A DNA stretch of 64,000 nucleotides from the NCBI RefSeq assembly GCF_009914755.1, contig NC_060925.1, one strand, 5' to 3'. The notes under the pieces were generated by a model. The model was not told the DNA's origin. It was given only the letters and a program-made list of their open reading frames with translations, and did not search any database. This document shows, in pieces, positions 29,211 to 42,140 of the stretch. Position numbers and translations under genes: made by a program. Position 1 is the first letter of the stretch, and every line of letters begins with the position of its first letter. This DNA comes from the human T2T-CHM13v2.0 reference genome, Homo sapiens.

Positions 29211-29654
29211 TGTATTAGGGTTCTCTAGAGGGACGGAACTAATAGGAGATATATATATAGTTAAAGGGAAGCTTATTAAATATTAACTCACACTATTACA
29301 AGGTCCCACAATAGGCTGTCTGCAAGCTGAGGAGCAAGCAAAGCCAGTTCGAGTCCCAAAACTGAAGAACTTGGAGTCTGATGTTTGAGGGCAGGAAGGG
29401 TCCAGCAAAGGAGAAAGATGTAGGCTAGGAGCCCAGGTTAGTCTAGTCTTCTCATGTTTTTCTGCCTACTTTATATTCTAGCCACGTTGGCAGCTGATTA
29501 GATGGTGCCCACCCAGATTAAGGGTGAGTCTGCCTTTCCCAGCACGCTGACTCAAAAGTTAATCTCCTTTGGCAACATCCTCACAGACACACCCAGGATC
29601 AATACTTTGCATCCTTCAATCCAATCAAGTTGACACTCAGTATTAACTATCACA
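29211..29654 (-). mobile_element. MLT2A solo LTR (HERV-L)
   Basis: Minus strand begins TGTGATAGTTAATACTGAGTGTCAACTTGATTGGATTG and ends CTAGAGAACCCTAATACA. Confidence 0.9.
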
Positions 29655-29823
29655 GGGAGTTAGTTAATAGTTGAAGTGAGCTAATCTAGAAATTACATTC
29701 TAGGTGTAATTTGCAACATTTGAAATACTTTAATCAATAGTCTACCTCAAGAGGCAGTTTTGACAAGGGCTTCAAATATTCTTATCTGTATCCACACTGT
29801 AGAGTTTATTAAATAATGTAAAG

Positions 29824-30059
29824 CAGGTTTTGTCAATTTCAGCATTATTGACATTTTGAAACAGACAATTCATTGCTCAGAGAGAAGGCAAGGCTGTTCG
29901 TGCATTATAGAATGTCTAGCAGCCACCCCTGGTCTCACCTATAAGGTGTCAGTAGCATAGACCCCTCCCTCGTCATGACTACCAAAATCATCCTAGAAAT
30001 CACCAAATGTCCCTGCAGGGAAGAAGTAGAAGAAAATTTGTGCCAGTTAAGAACCACTG
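29824..30059 (-). mobile_element. MER20 DNA transposon
   Basis: ATTATTGACATTTTG...ACCAAATGTCCC...TAAGAACCACTG. Confidence 0.7.
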
Positions 30060-31739
30060 GCATACAGAAATTTTTTTTAATGAAAAACCAGGTGATCAAG
30101 ATACGTTGATTGGCTGAAAGTATTCCTAACCTCTGGCTTGCAGGGATATAAAACAGGATGAGCTAGGCAGCCTATAGAGCTTGGAGAGGTGCAATAGGCA
30201 CATGATCCATTCATTCCTGTGTTCCCTCCTTAAAAGGGTATTTATCACCTAATCTCACTAGAAAGTTAGCTTTTCTACTGCAGAGAATTTTATTACATTT
30301 TATCTTTGATAGAAACCTTCATTTATTATACTAACCAGAAAGCATAAGGAAAAAGAGTTGAGACTTCCATGAGCTTCCAAGAAAAGGCCTAATAGTAGTA
30401 TGTTTTTGCCTGTTTGCTAATAAACGTTTGTTTGCATGGCAGAATTCTGACTCTTCACTTGGTACTGAGGTGAAGATGGGACCTCTAAATGGAGAAAGCT
30501 ACTGATATCTACCAAAAAAGTCAGACAACTCTGAACTGCCAATGGATACAATAAATAGATAAAATTATTTGGAAACCGTAATGCCGGAGGCTATACACAA
30601 GTAAGAACCCAGCTTGGCATATGGCAACCACAATTTTTTTTCTCTTGCTTTTTATACATACAGCAAAATAGTAAGTCTATGTTGAAACAGGAAAATATGA
30701 GGTGAAAATTCCCTTGTTTTTCTTTAAGAAAACTTTTACATAAGAAATGGAGGCTCATAAAAAATAATTTATACTCTAGCAATTTTTACCTTAATTACTC
30801 TTATCTGGGCTTATTGTTTCCAGACTTGTCTTACTACATCTCACTTTCACATAGCTACTGAAATAATCTTTCCTAAATGCAAAGCTGTCAATCCTCTGTC
30901 TGAAAACCTTATACTGGCTCTCTGTAGGGTTCCAAATCAAACCTGAGCCTTTAAGCAGAACAGATAATATGGCTGTATATGAGATTGTAAAATTATTTTG
31001 TCATCCCAATATCTTATGACTGTATTATCCCCAACAGGCTTTCCTAGTATGATAGAAAATGATACCCGTGTAATTGTTCTGTGTTCTGCTTACAGAGGCA
31101 GTAGGGAGACAAACAGGGAAAGAAGCATTAAGCTCTATGTCCAGTACCGTTTGGAATTAGAAAATTGAAATCTGGAAATTTTTGTTAAAAAGGTAGGTCT
31201 TTAGGAACTTGAGTCTTTAAGAAGGAAAGAGGATGCCTATAGGAAGGCAATTTGATATAGAGTCTTGGGAGCAAAGTTATACCTAATAGGACTCTCCTAT
31301 TTTCTGTAGGAATGGATACCCCAGAATCTCAACCAGAAGCTCCACTAGTTGTCCTGACATTCCTTTATTCTTAAGAGCCTGTCCTGATGCCACTAAATAC
31401 AATACAAACCTAGATTAGAATTTAGCTCAGAAAATAGTAGAGTTGTGAAAGAGTCATAGAGCTAGTGGGCCAGACACAATTTGACAGATTTAGTCCAGGT
31501 GTTTGTTATCTTACGGCAATCTCTAATTGTAGGACAAACACTCACCAAAGCCCTCCATCCCTAAGTTATGGTCCTTTCCTCTACCTCATGTGTTGTCACA
31601 ATCTCAACAAAATTTCCACAAGTCCTTCTTTAAAGTCCAATAGGAAATAATATGGTTCTGTGAAAATTGTCCCCCAATATCTAGTAAACAAAGTCATTCA
31701 CTCATATCTCAAAGTAGAAAGTCCACCCATCAGTCCATA

Positions 31740-31980
31740 GCTACCTCTTCCAGAAACCAACAGAGCCACCTCCTCTTTTCCAAATGTCTCCATCTTCATT
31801 GCTCTGCAGCCCAATAAGTAGGAAGGTTGTAACCACAGCCACACCTCTAAGCATCACAGGGAATTGCTAAGTGGGAGAAAGGCTTTCTTCTAAAGGGCTC
31901 TTTCCTGGGGGGCTTAGGGAAAAGCAACTCTATGCCCCATGAGACTAATTAGGAAAACACTTGCTGACACACTCCCCTTT
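31740..31980 (-). promoter_or_regulatory. Putative OR6K5P promoter/first exon
   Basis: CCCCATGAGA next to TAATTA (31946); TTCCTGGGGG O/E-like site; aligns with 20160-20280; weak donor GAG|GTAGCT at 31743-31744. Confidence 0.6.
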
Positions 31981-32864
31981 CATGAGGTCAACACACCTAT
32001 GGGAAGCTAGGTTTTTCAGTCAGGCTAGAAATCAGATGAAAAGAGTACTTGGCTTTCCATTCTGTCCAAGGGGTAAAAGAATAGTTTAAATTACAAAATC
32101 TGCTGAGAAAGGGAAAGGATAAGGAACAAAAGGAATGAAACTAACGCAATGTGGTTCAAAGGCAGGAGAATTTTCTCTACTCTTTGGAGCAGTTTAGTGA
32201 TCACACAGCACAACCCTGAAGTGTATTGCAGAAGATTCAGCCAGCTGCCATCCAGCACAGCTTAGTAGAATTTCTTCAGAAGGATCCAGGGATCACAGGG
32301 CCATTTGCAGTAGTGGCAGTAATGAGGGGGCTCTCATGAGATTTCATGGGTTTCAGGGGTTCCAGCAGCAGATATCCCAAGTGTATGGAGTCAGGAAAGG
32401 ATTGAAGGGCAACCTTTCCTGCTACATGAAAGCTGTATTGATGAGCACACATGAGCTAGACCTTGGACAGACCTGAGGAAAAAAAAAAAAAGGGCCCTCA
32501 TATAGAGGACAGGAAATAGAAGCAGAAGGATACTTTTCTAATTCTTTTTTTCCTACTTTTTAAAAACTGAAATTGGACTTAATATTAACCTCCAGGTGGG
32601 TAAAGGCAGAAGAAATAGACATATACAACACATAAGATTTTTTTCTTCTATCACAAAAAGAGATATAAAACAATCACGAAGTGTTAAATGTTTAGTGGAA
32701 CAGTAGCAGTGGATATAGAAATGCAACAGAATTTGAAAGCATATTTGAAATTAGAAAAAAAAAACTTATGAGACACAGGCATATATGGTGCGAAAAATGA
32801 GTCAGAGCAGAGGTGACTTTCGACTCTGAATGATTAGATTTTTAATAGGCGATTTTTAAGGCAG

Positions 32865-33020
32865 ATCCTTGAGTGGAGGCAGGGGGACTGATTGAGGCCA
32901 TGACTTCGAGGCTGCAGTGCACCGTGATCGCCCCTGTAAGCAGCCACTGCACTTCAACCGGAGCAATAGAGTGAGATTCTGTCTCTAAAAAATAAAAATA
33001 AAAAACAATAACAATAAATA
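32865..33020 (+). mobile_element. Fossil Alu monomer (FAM/FRAM-like)
   Basis: GAGGCTGCAGTG...GATCGCCCCTGTAAGCAGCCACTGCACT, followed by an A-rich tail. Confidence 0.7.
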
Positions 33021-34029
33021 AAGACAGTCCCTCAATAAGCATTCGATTAAGGAATATGTAGCTAAATAAACGAATAATTAAATGAATCGGCGAATAGCTA
33101 AAGAATCAGATAGTGACTCAAAGATAGTCTAATTTGTAGCCACACTGATGTTTACTTTTTGACCCTGATTTTATCCAGTCTTACCACTTAAGATAAATTC
33201 CTCCTCTTACGCTTTGAACCTATTTATCTCATCTCATGCAGAGACACTGTTCCTTCAGTTGTCTCACTTACCTATGTATCCTCCAAATTTTCCTCTTTTT
33301 AGTCTGCTTATATAGCTTATGAATATGCTCAAACATATTAAAGTATATACTCTTTCTCATTTTCATTGTTGCTCTAAGTCTGCCATACTGCCTTTCTTCT
33401 TCCCGATCTTATTTTCCTAAAAGCATAGTTTACTCTTTTATCAGTATTTCTGTCTCCACCTTTTCACTTCTTGTTCACATGAACCTACAACCCCACTTAA
33501 GAGATAGAATATTATGAATAACTTTGAAGACCACTACACTTTCCTCCCCAATCCAGTTCTTTATTGCCATATTACATATTACCATTCACCTGAATTTTGT
33601 GTTTATTATTCTATTTAGCACATGTGTGCACACTCAAAAACAATATACTGTTTAGTTCTGTTTTACTCTATGTAAATAGAATGGTATTTTAGGCATTACT
33701 TTATAATTTGCTTATTCACTCAACATATGTTTTGAGAATCATTCACATCAATGTATCTAGCTGCAACTTTAAAAGAAAATCCCTGCTGTCTTGTATAAAT
33801 GGAGCACAATTTAATCATTCATTAGCCTTCAACGTTTTGTATTCTGGAATATTTGCATCTTCAACTTCACTAGATGCTGCCAAATTGTTTTTCAGAATCT
33901 GTCTACCACCAACAATAAATGCATTTTTATTGTTGCACATCTTTTCTAATGTTCTGGGTGGTCATATTTTTGCTACTCAGTTGTTGTGTAAACAATATGC
34001 TATTGCTTTGATTTGCAGTTGAATGTTGT

Positions 34030-34067
34030 ATGTGTGTATGTGTGAGTGTGTGTGTGTGTGTGTGTGT
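34030..34067. repeat. (TG)n microsatellite
   Basis: Directly visible. Confidence 0.85.
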
Positions 34068-35151
34068 ACTCCTCATTTGGTTGTTTATCTTTTTCTTATT
34101 ACTTTGTAGAAGCTTTTTGTATATTCTAAATAAAAATAATCAGTTATAAACGTTATTACAAATACAGACTCCTAGTGTATATCTTGTTGTTTTTCTTTTT
34201 AATGATGCTATTTGATGAAACGAACTATTAAATAGTTTTATTCATCAGTCTTTAAATTTATGGTTTATATTTATATGGAATTGAAAAATTTTAACTAAAG
34301 TTCCAATACAATTGATTAAACAATGCACCTTTTTCCACAGACCTGTTGTGCTGGCTATGTTCATCTTTTCCCCAGTGGTCTGCTATACCTACTCTCACGT
34401 ATGTTAAAATCCCATACTATATTAGTCTATTTCTTTGCTTCCATTGGCTGTTTACTCCCACTGCTATTTTATTACAAATATTGCTTCATAATAACTTTTA
34501 CTAAATAGACAAGTGGCACCATTTTAATCTCCTCCTTTGAAATGTCTTCTTCTTGGCCCTCATTCTTACATATCCCACTCCTCTCTACTCAAAATGAGAT
34601 TTTGATTGAAATTGGGTTGAAATGATTGACTTGTAGATGATTGGCATGTTTATGTAACTGAGACATTCTATTCATTCATACAGCATATGGATCAATTTAT
34701 TTATGTTTTTGATATAGTCCAATACAGTTTTATAAAGTGCTATGTTTAGATGTAACATATCTTTTACAGTTTTTTATTTTTGTTGATACTTCAAATGGCA
34801 TCTTTTTATTACACTTTTTGTCAACTGTTACATATAATAATGCAATGTTAAATATATCCATTTGTATCTATGCACTTGCTGAACTTTGTGTTATAATTTG
34901 TCTTTATTTTCATTTGGAAATTTTATATCATCTTTAACTAATTTCATTCTTTCTTCTTTATGGTCTTAATGCTGTGTGTTTCTTTTTCTTATTTTCAAAG
35001 TTTTACTTTTTATGATGGACACCCATTTTTAAATATATATCTCTTTATATAGGTATATATACATACCTATGTATATAATTTTTAATGGAGATTAAGATAT
35101 ATTATATAATATATTTAAATTTTATTTGCTGAGTGTTACAAATAATAATAG

Positions 35152-35368
35152 AAAAATCATGCTGCTGTAAAGACACATGCACACGTATGTTTACTGCAGC
35201 ACTATTCACAATAGCAAAGACTTGCAACCAAGCCAAATGTCCAACAATGATAGACTGGATTAAGAAAATGTGGCACATATACACCATGGAATACTATGCA
35301 GCCATAAAAAATGATGACGTTGTGCACATGTACCCTAAAACTTAAAGTATATAAAAAAAAAAGAAAAA
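35152..35368 (+). mobile_element. Short L1PA 3' fragment with an internal deletion
   Basis: ORF2 C-terminus ([13 protein letters not shown]...AAIKND) joined directly to the terminal CGTTGTGCACATGTACCCTAAAACTTAAAGTAT and A tail. Confidence 0.85.
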
Positions 35369-36740
35369 GCTAGTCGAATTCCCTATTTCACCCAGTGATT
35401 GTTTCTTTGTTCCTGTAATTCTCTCATTTGATTTCTGCAATACATCATTGCCTTGATTCTCTCTTCGTTTCCTGAACTCTTCAGGATAAGACAATAAGAT
35501 AGACCTAGGTTCAAATTCTTACTCTGCCACCTGCTTAGCTACCTGACTACAGAGAAAATACATGGTCATTAAACTTTAGTTTTCTCATCTGTTAAGTGGA
35601 AATAATAATGACTAATTTACAGAACTATGAAAGGATAAAATGAGATGAAATATAAAAATGCCCTAGCAGATTTTGTCACATATTTAATAAATGAAAGTTA
35701 TTTACTATTAATACCATTTTTCTCTCACCTACCTATTGTAATCCTCCAGTCTCTTCTCATATTCCCTAAATTCTTTTTCAATTATCTAGTGCATTCTCAT
35801 AGTTCAATTATAATCTCTACTTAAATAACAGACATCTGTGTCCACAGATGTGTCCAAGAAGAGACTTGTCATCTCTTCTGAAATCCAATTCTTCATCATT
35901 AATGGCAAATAGACATTTCTACTTAAAAGTTCTCTCACATTTTCAAGATAAAATATCTATAACTCATCTTCTTATAATTGCCCCTACAAGCTTTTGCTTT
36001 AGCTGGTCCTATATCTGTCGATAGTGCCATCTAACAGACGAACTCAACCTTATGAATCTGTTACCTTTAATGTTCCTTTTACCATCATAGCACAAATATA
36101 ATCAGGTGTCGGGTCCTATTGATTCTTTATTCACAATTACTCCCATCTCTTCTGTCCTTTAATTCCATTATTACAGTTCTATTTTAGGCCTTTACTCCAG
36201 ATTATTGCAGAATAGGCTCTGATGTCTGATAGGTACTCAGTAAATGTGAGTTGAATAAATAATACTTCCTACTTCCATAATTTCTCTACTTAAATGCATT
36301 CTACATATCATCAACGCAATTTTGTGCATTAATTCCAACTCAAAAATTATCTCATAACTTTCCGTTATGTGAAAAATATGCTTTCAAAATCCCAATGTCT
36401 GACATTCAAAGACCTCCACACTCTGCCAAACCCTACCTTCCAGTTCTGTCTCTTCCCTATTACATTCCACATGCCATATGATTGAAGCCAGGCGTATGTG
36501 CTAAATAATCTATAAACATGGATCTTGTATTATCACCTCAAAATCCTAGTTGATCGTCTTCTATTAAACATACACTACCTGAGTTTAGGTAAGTCTTAGG
36601 GCTATGCATTAAAGGTTAAAATATAAATTAATATTGATAGATAATCATCAAATTTCTTAGAATCTAGACTTATAACTAGATAATTTTAACAACAGGTGTA
36701 GGCACTAGATGCTTTACAAGCACAAAAAAGAGACTCCCTG

Positions 36741-36883
36741 GCCGGGGATGGTGGCTCACGTCTGTAATCCCAGCACTTTGGGAGGCCGAGGCAGGCAGAT
36801 CACCTGAGGTTAGGAGTTCAAGACCGGCCTGGACAATGTGATAAAACCCCGTCTCTACTAAAAATCCAAAAATTAGCTGGGCA
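36741..36883 (+). mobile_element. AluS left monomer, truncated just after the middle A-rich linker
   Basis: GGCCGGGGATGGTGGCTCAC...TACTAAAAATCCAAAAATTAGCTGGGCA then non-Alu sequence. Confidence 0.9.
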
Positions 36884-37676
36884 CTGTAAGTTCCCGCTCT
36901 GGTCTGAGGGACTGGTACCCCAGCCCCCAGTTTTCAGGCCCTCCCTGGCTTGAATGTGGGACCTTACCAGGGACCTGCCCCCTTCTGCCCAGGAATCTGT
37001 CTGCTTCTGTTGCCATTCATGGCCCCCAGGCTGTAGGTGTGAAGGGGGGCCTGCATGCCAGCTCTGAGATGCCCTCTGTGCCCCCTGGGCTTCCCTCCTA
37101 TGCTTCTTGGTGCCCAAAGTCTGGAGAGGGAGAAGGCATCAAGGGGCTGGTGTATCAGCACTGCTTGTAGCATGTGCATACCTGGACAGACTACAATAGG
37201 ACTGGGTCTCAGCCCTTACTTTGCTCCTAGATTGGAGTGGACATTGACAGCAGGGAGAAGCCAGGCAGCAGGAGCAGGCACTTTCAAACCTGCAAGAGAA
37301 GGGGGACCTTCCCAGGACCCCAGGAGCGCAGAGGTGCCTGGGTCCGCAGCCGTGGTTTGGGTGGCTACACTTGCATGGAGGAGTGGGAGGCCATGATCCA
37401 CAGTCATGACTTGGGTGGCTGTAGCCCGAACCTCCTGGGTGGGGCTTCTGCCAGTTCCATGGAGCAGGTGGCCCAGATCTACAGCCTGGGTTTGGGTGGC
37501 TGCAGCTGCGCCTGGAGGATGGGGCTCTCACCTTCTCCTTGGCCCCAAGAGCACAAGGATGCCTGGGTCTGCAACAGTGGCTTGCAGCGACACCCTGGGG
37601 TGCTCCCACCCCAACTCGGAAGGCGCAGGGCTCCCCCTTGTCCCTGGTTCCTGCCCTGGCCACACTGCTACCGTCA
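36884..37676 (-). mobile_element. GC-rich ERV1 LTR fragment (MER52-like)
   Basis: Repeated GGCTGCAGCTGCGCC / GGGTGGCTG motifs; minus-strand GAGCCCTGCGCCTTCCGAGTTGG; TG start at 37676. Confidence 0.75.
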
Positions 37677-38219
37677 ATACTGGCAATATATTCCTAAGTC
37701 AGGGAATATATACTTGAGACTAATCAGTAGAGATATAATTGAAAGGTAATGCTAGTGTTTAACTAGATTTGAATTCAGAGGATTAAGGTTCAGTTTCTTC
37801 CATGCCTTGTATTGCCTGTGTGTACTGGAGAAAGCTTTTGGCTTCTCTGAGCCTCCACATCTGCAAAATGCGAATCACTGTAGTCTTGCTTACCTTATAC
37901 AAAGAGGTTTTTTTAATATGATGAAAAACAAATCACATAAATCTTAACCATGTTAACTATTTTTTTCAGCATACAAATAAGTTTCTTAAAGGATCAAATA
38001 AGACTTGCATTTAAAAACTTCTAAAAATATGATGATGTTGATTATATCAACAGAGGGAATAGAAATCATAGTGAAAATGAATAAAAGTGGAGAGGAAAGA
38101 GTGTTTACTGATTGAGTATTCCAGAGAATCATGATCCTGGATGAAGTTTATTCTGACTGCCACAGCTGTGCCCCAGTGCCCAGCTTTATACTCTATTCCT
38201 CTATGAGAGATAAGGTTTT

Positions 38220-38497
38220 ATAGCCCCAGGACAACTTTTGAAACCTGACCCTGGGGAATGTCTAATTACTATGTAGCATTGTTCTTCTAATTTGTCCCTT
38301 AGAGGGGAGAGAAAGATACATAATTTTCCTTTAGACATTGCATCATCCAAAGAGAAACTCCCAGGAAAGACCATCTTTCCATTCTAGTTATTCCTGGAAG
38401 AGGCTTCAGAGACATTTGTACCCTTATTGACAGGCTAGGAGAAGAGGTGGCTGCAGAGATTTTGAGGAGCATTCTCATGGTGTCAGGCAGGGTAAGT
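38220..38497 (+). promoter_or_regulatory. Putative OR6K6 promoter/first exon
   Basis: O/E-like sites GCCCCAGGA, ACCCTGGGGA (followed by CTAATTA) and CTCCCAGGAA; consensus donor AGG|GTAAGT at 38492-38497. Confidence 0.6.
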
Positions 38498-39458
38498 ACT
38501 AAAGACTGCATTGAAAGGGCATCATCCAACCTCCTTTTACTTCTACTTTGCCGCCCAATAGCTTCCTTACATCCTCAACTCTTCAGAACCCAACTGTTGC
38601 CCTGCTGTTTCACGGCAAACTGTCATATTTTAAGAACTTTGTTACATGAGTGAAATATTATACTAAGGGTAAATGAAATCGGGAAGGGATAACAGAAAGA
38701 ATATGGTTCAGCTAACAGTTTGAAGATACTGATAATGTCTAAGGTCTTTTAAACATTAAATCTTGTTGAAACCCTAATAATTGTGGATTCTTGAAGAGTC
38801 ACAGAGAAAGTTACTGCTTTTCTTCAAAGTCAAGTCTAATCTAATTCAAGTGTCTTTACGTCATACAAGAAATATTTTTAGATTGAACTCCTTGGACACT
38901 ACTAAATATCTTTAACAGTAGGATTTTATTGATGGTTCTTTATGTATTTCAGGAACAAGAATAATATTTATTTACCTTTATATAGCCCTTGAACCTATGG
39001 CATCATCGACACATAGCAGAAGATCAATCGATATATGAGTGTTAGTTGAATAAATGTACCGATGATGAATAATGATGCAGCTTTACTACTGAGAAGGGCC
39101 CCGTGCGTACAGCAACAAAGTAGTCACTCTGTCTGGCTTTTATTAGCCACTTAGCACCTATTTTCTTGTATTTTGTTATAGCCCTGTGTTTCCTTCTCTG
39201 TCCTTCCATATTCTCTATAATGACTACTCAGCACGATTATTCAATTGCTTAGAAAAGAAAAACACAGGAAGGACAGAGAAGTGGATATTTTAGTCAGAAG
39301 AAAACTCCAATATCTTACACTTTTCCCCTTGGAAGCTCTGCCTTTCTGTGGCGCACTGTTGCTTGTTTCCTTCCAAAGCCTGCCTCTCCTATCTACCTTC
39401 CTCACAGTTTAAGGTGCAAGGCAGAGGCATCCTTTAAAAATTAATTTTCCTAGTCTGA

Positions 39459-39570
39459 CAGGAGAATTTCTTGAACCCGGGAGGCGGAGGTTGTGGTGAG
39501 GCAAGATTGAGTCATTGCACTCCAGCCTGGGCAATAAGAGCAAGGCTCCATCTCAAAAAATAATAATAAT
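39459..39570 (+). mobile_element. 5'-truncated Alu (part of right monomer)
   Basis: 20-bp TSD AATTAATTTTCCTAGTCTGA at 39439-39458 and 39571-39590. Confidence 0.92.
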
Positions 39571-39972
39571 AATTAATTTTCCTAGTCTGAAATGCATTTA
39601 TTTGTATCTGCTTTTGACCTATTGAAGAAACCATGTCAGCTTTCTCACCTCACACCCGGGACAGACAGACGTTAAAAAATGACCAAACCTACAGAAAATA
39701 TTTCCAGATAATGAAATTTGAGTATTGCTTTGCTTTTTGCACATCAGTTGAAGATGTTTACTAGAAAAAAAAAAGGTCATTCAGGGGTCCAACAGCAAGT
39801 ATTTCAGATGATTTTGGCATGGAGGTAAAGCTTAAGAGATATTTCTAACTGGTTTCTTCAGGATTCCAGAATCAGCTTGAGTAACTCATTACAGAAAGGA
39901 ATGAAGCAATATTCAGTGGGTAATCAACATTCCAATTATAGGAGTCTCTTGTTTCCTTTTCTGTGTTCACAG

Positions 39973-40932
39973 ATGACACAGTTGACGGCCAGTGGGAATC
40001 AGACAATGGTGACTGAGTTCCTCTTCTCTATGTTCCCGCATGCGCACAGAGGTGGCCTCTTATTCTTTATTCCCTTGCTTCTCATCTACGGATTTATCCT
40101 AACTGGAAACCTAATAATGTTCATTGTCATCCAGGTGGGCATGGCCCTGCACACCCCTTTGTATTTCTTTATCAGTGTCCTCTCCTTCCTGGAGATCTGC
40201 TATACCACAACCACCATCCCCAAGATGCTGTCCTGCCTAATCAGTGAGCAGAAGAGCATTTCCGTGGCTGGCTGCCTCCTGCAGATGTACTTTTTCCACT
40301 CACTTGGTATCACAGAAAGCTGTGTCCTGACAGCAATGGCCATTGACAGGTACATAGCTATCTGCAATCCACTCCGTTACCCAACCATCATGATTCCCAA
40401 ACTTTGTATCCAGCTGACAGTTGGATCCTGCTTTTGTGGCTTCCTCCTTGTGCTTCCTGAGATTGCATGGATTTCCACCTTGCCTTTCTGTGGCTCCAAC
40501 CAGATCCACCAGATATTCTGTGATTTCACACCTGTGCTGAGCTTGGCCTGCACAGATACATTCCTAGTGGTCATTGTGGATGCCATCCATGCAGCGGAAA
40601 TTGTAGCCTCCTTCCTGGTCATTGCTCTATCCTACATCCGGATTATTATAGTGATTCTGGGAATGCACTCAGCTGAAGGTCATCACAAGGCCTTTTCCAC
40701 CTGTGCTGCTCACCTTGCTGTGTTCTTGCTATTTTTTGGCAGTGTGGCTGTCATGTATTTGAGATTCTCAGCCACCTACTCAGTGTTTTGGGACACAGCA
40801 ATTGCTGTCACTTTTGTTATCCTTGCTCCCTTTTTCAACCCCATCATCTATAGCCTGAAAAACAAGGACATGAAAGAGGCTATTGGAAGGCTTTTCCACT
40901 ATCAGAAGAGGGCTGGTTGGGCTGGGAAATAG
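39973..40932 (+). CDS. OR6K6: Olfactory receptor family 6K, intact, 319 aa from MTQLTASGNQT (an upstream in-frame ATG at 39901 gives 343 aa)
   Basis: [38 protein letters not shown]; strong acceptor TTTCCTTTTCTGTGTTCACAG|ATG at 39971-39972. Confidence 0.93.
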   Translation: MTQLTASGNQTMVTEFLFSMFPHAHRGGLLFFIPLLLIYGFILTGNLIMFIVIQVGMALHTPLYFFISVLSFLEICYTTTTIPKMLSCLISEQKSISVAGCLLQMYFFHSLGITESCVLTAMAIDRYIAICNPLRYPTIMIPKLCIQLTVGSCFCGFLLVLPEIAWISTLPFCGSNQIHQIFCDFTPVLSLACTDTFLVVIVDAIHAAEIVASFLVIALSYIRIIIVILGMHSAEGHHKAFSTCAAHLAVFLLFFGSVAVMYLRFSATYSVFWDTAIAVTFVILAPFFNPIIYSLKNKDMKEAIGRLFHYQKRAGWAGK

Positions 40933-41769
40933 ATACAGATCCTGGAGACTCTAAAAAGCCTCTTGGAAGAGCAAAATTTCACTGTTATTTATCTTTTCCA
41001 TGTCTATCCTCTTTCTGTATTGCTGCAACTACTTGTTCTATTATTTTTAAAAAGAATGATAAACTGCTGTATACAGGCTGTGGATGGTAAGTGGATGGCC
41101 AGTTTACATCAATGCCTCTACCATGCTTGTTATAGCTGAAGCAGTATAGATCAACTCTCTTGCTTTTAACACAGGTTGGCTTCCTCCTCGCACTCCAGCA
41201 GCTAGGCCCCTGCTAGTCTCTTCAGTGCTCTGACATGCTAGTGGGGCCGGGAAGCAGAATAGAAGAGGCATGACAGACAAGAAAGTTCTGAGAATTGCTA
41301 CTGCTAACTTCCCCAATTCCCTTTCTGGAAATGCATCCCCTGTCATTTGGCATTCCATATAAATAAATCGTTTCCTGATACTAGAGAGAGGTCTTCTCTA
41401 CTTTTAGCTCATTTAATTCCCAAACTCATTTCAGCAAACGTGAACTGATTTTGTACATGATGTGTTACAGAATTTTAGACCCCAAGAGGTTCCACCAAAA
41501 TTAATAACAATAACAGTCCACTATATGTCTTGAGCACATTACTATTTAAAATATTTTCACAGGTATAAATCCTCTTGAAATCTAAAATACCCTGAAGTAA
41601 ATAGGTCAGGGATCACTATTATTTAAATGTTGAAACTAAAGCTCACAGAAGTTAAAGACTGGCCTAAGGTCATATACGTAGTGACAGAGCTGGGATTTAA
41701 CCTTAGGTACTCTACTGTATTCTCTGTCTCCATTAAATATATAATTTTGTGTAAATTACTTGATGTTCA

Positions 41770-41880
41770 AAAAACTAAATTATGCAAACTTCTTTTCCCC
41801 AAAGTTTAATGAAACCTTACCAGTTTTTAATGAGTCCTAGGAGTTAATGGTTCTTTCCTCCATGAATTCCCCAGCCCTCA
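41770..41880. promoter_or_regulatory. Candidate OR cluster enhancer (clustered homeodomain and O/E-like sites)
   Basis: Three TTAATG sites within about 45 bp, two of them directly following O/E-like sites; contains TTTTTAATGAGTC at 41824-41836. Confidence 0.5.
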
Positions 41881-42140
41881 CGTGATTGTGGCATCATGGA
41901 AAGACTATGGGACAAAGAGATTTAAGGACTGTATTTTATACCTTTTTCTGACACTAAGTTGTGCCATTTTGGATGATCCACTTAATTTGCTGGCCTTCAG
42001 CTTCCTCTATAATTATGTGGTTGGATTAGATCAGTGATTGCTCAAACTGATTGTCAACATTTGTGGTTCAGAAAATCTGAAAGTGAAGCCTGGCCATCTG
42101 CATTTCTAAAAATCTCCCAGAAAATTCAGATGATGGGTAA

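Noticed and set aside
36818-37749. Several overlapping 100-174 aa ORFs
   Set aside because: Expected from the GC-rich, stop-poor MER52-like LTR; no recognisable domain
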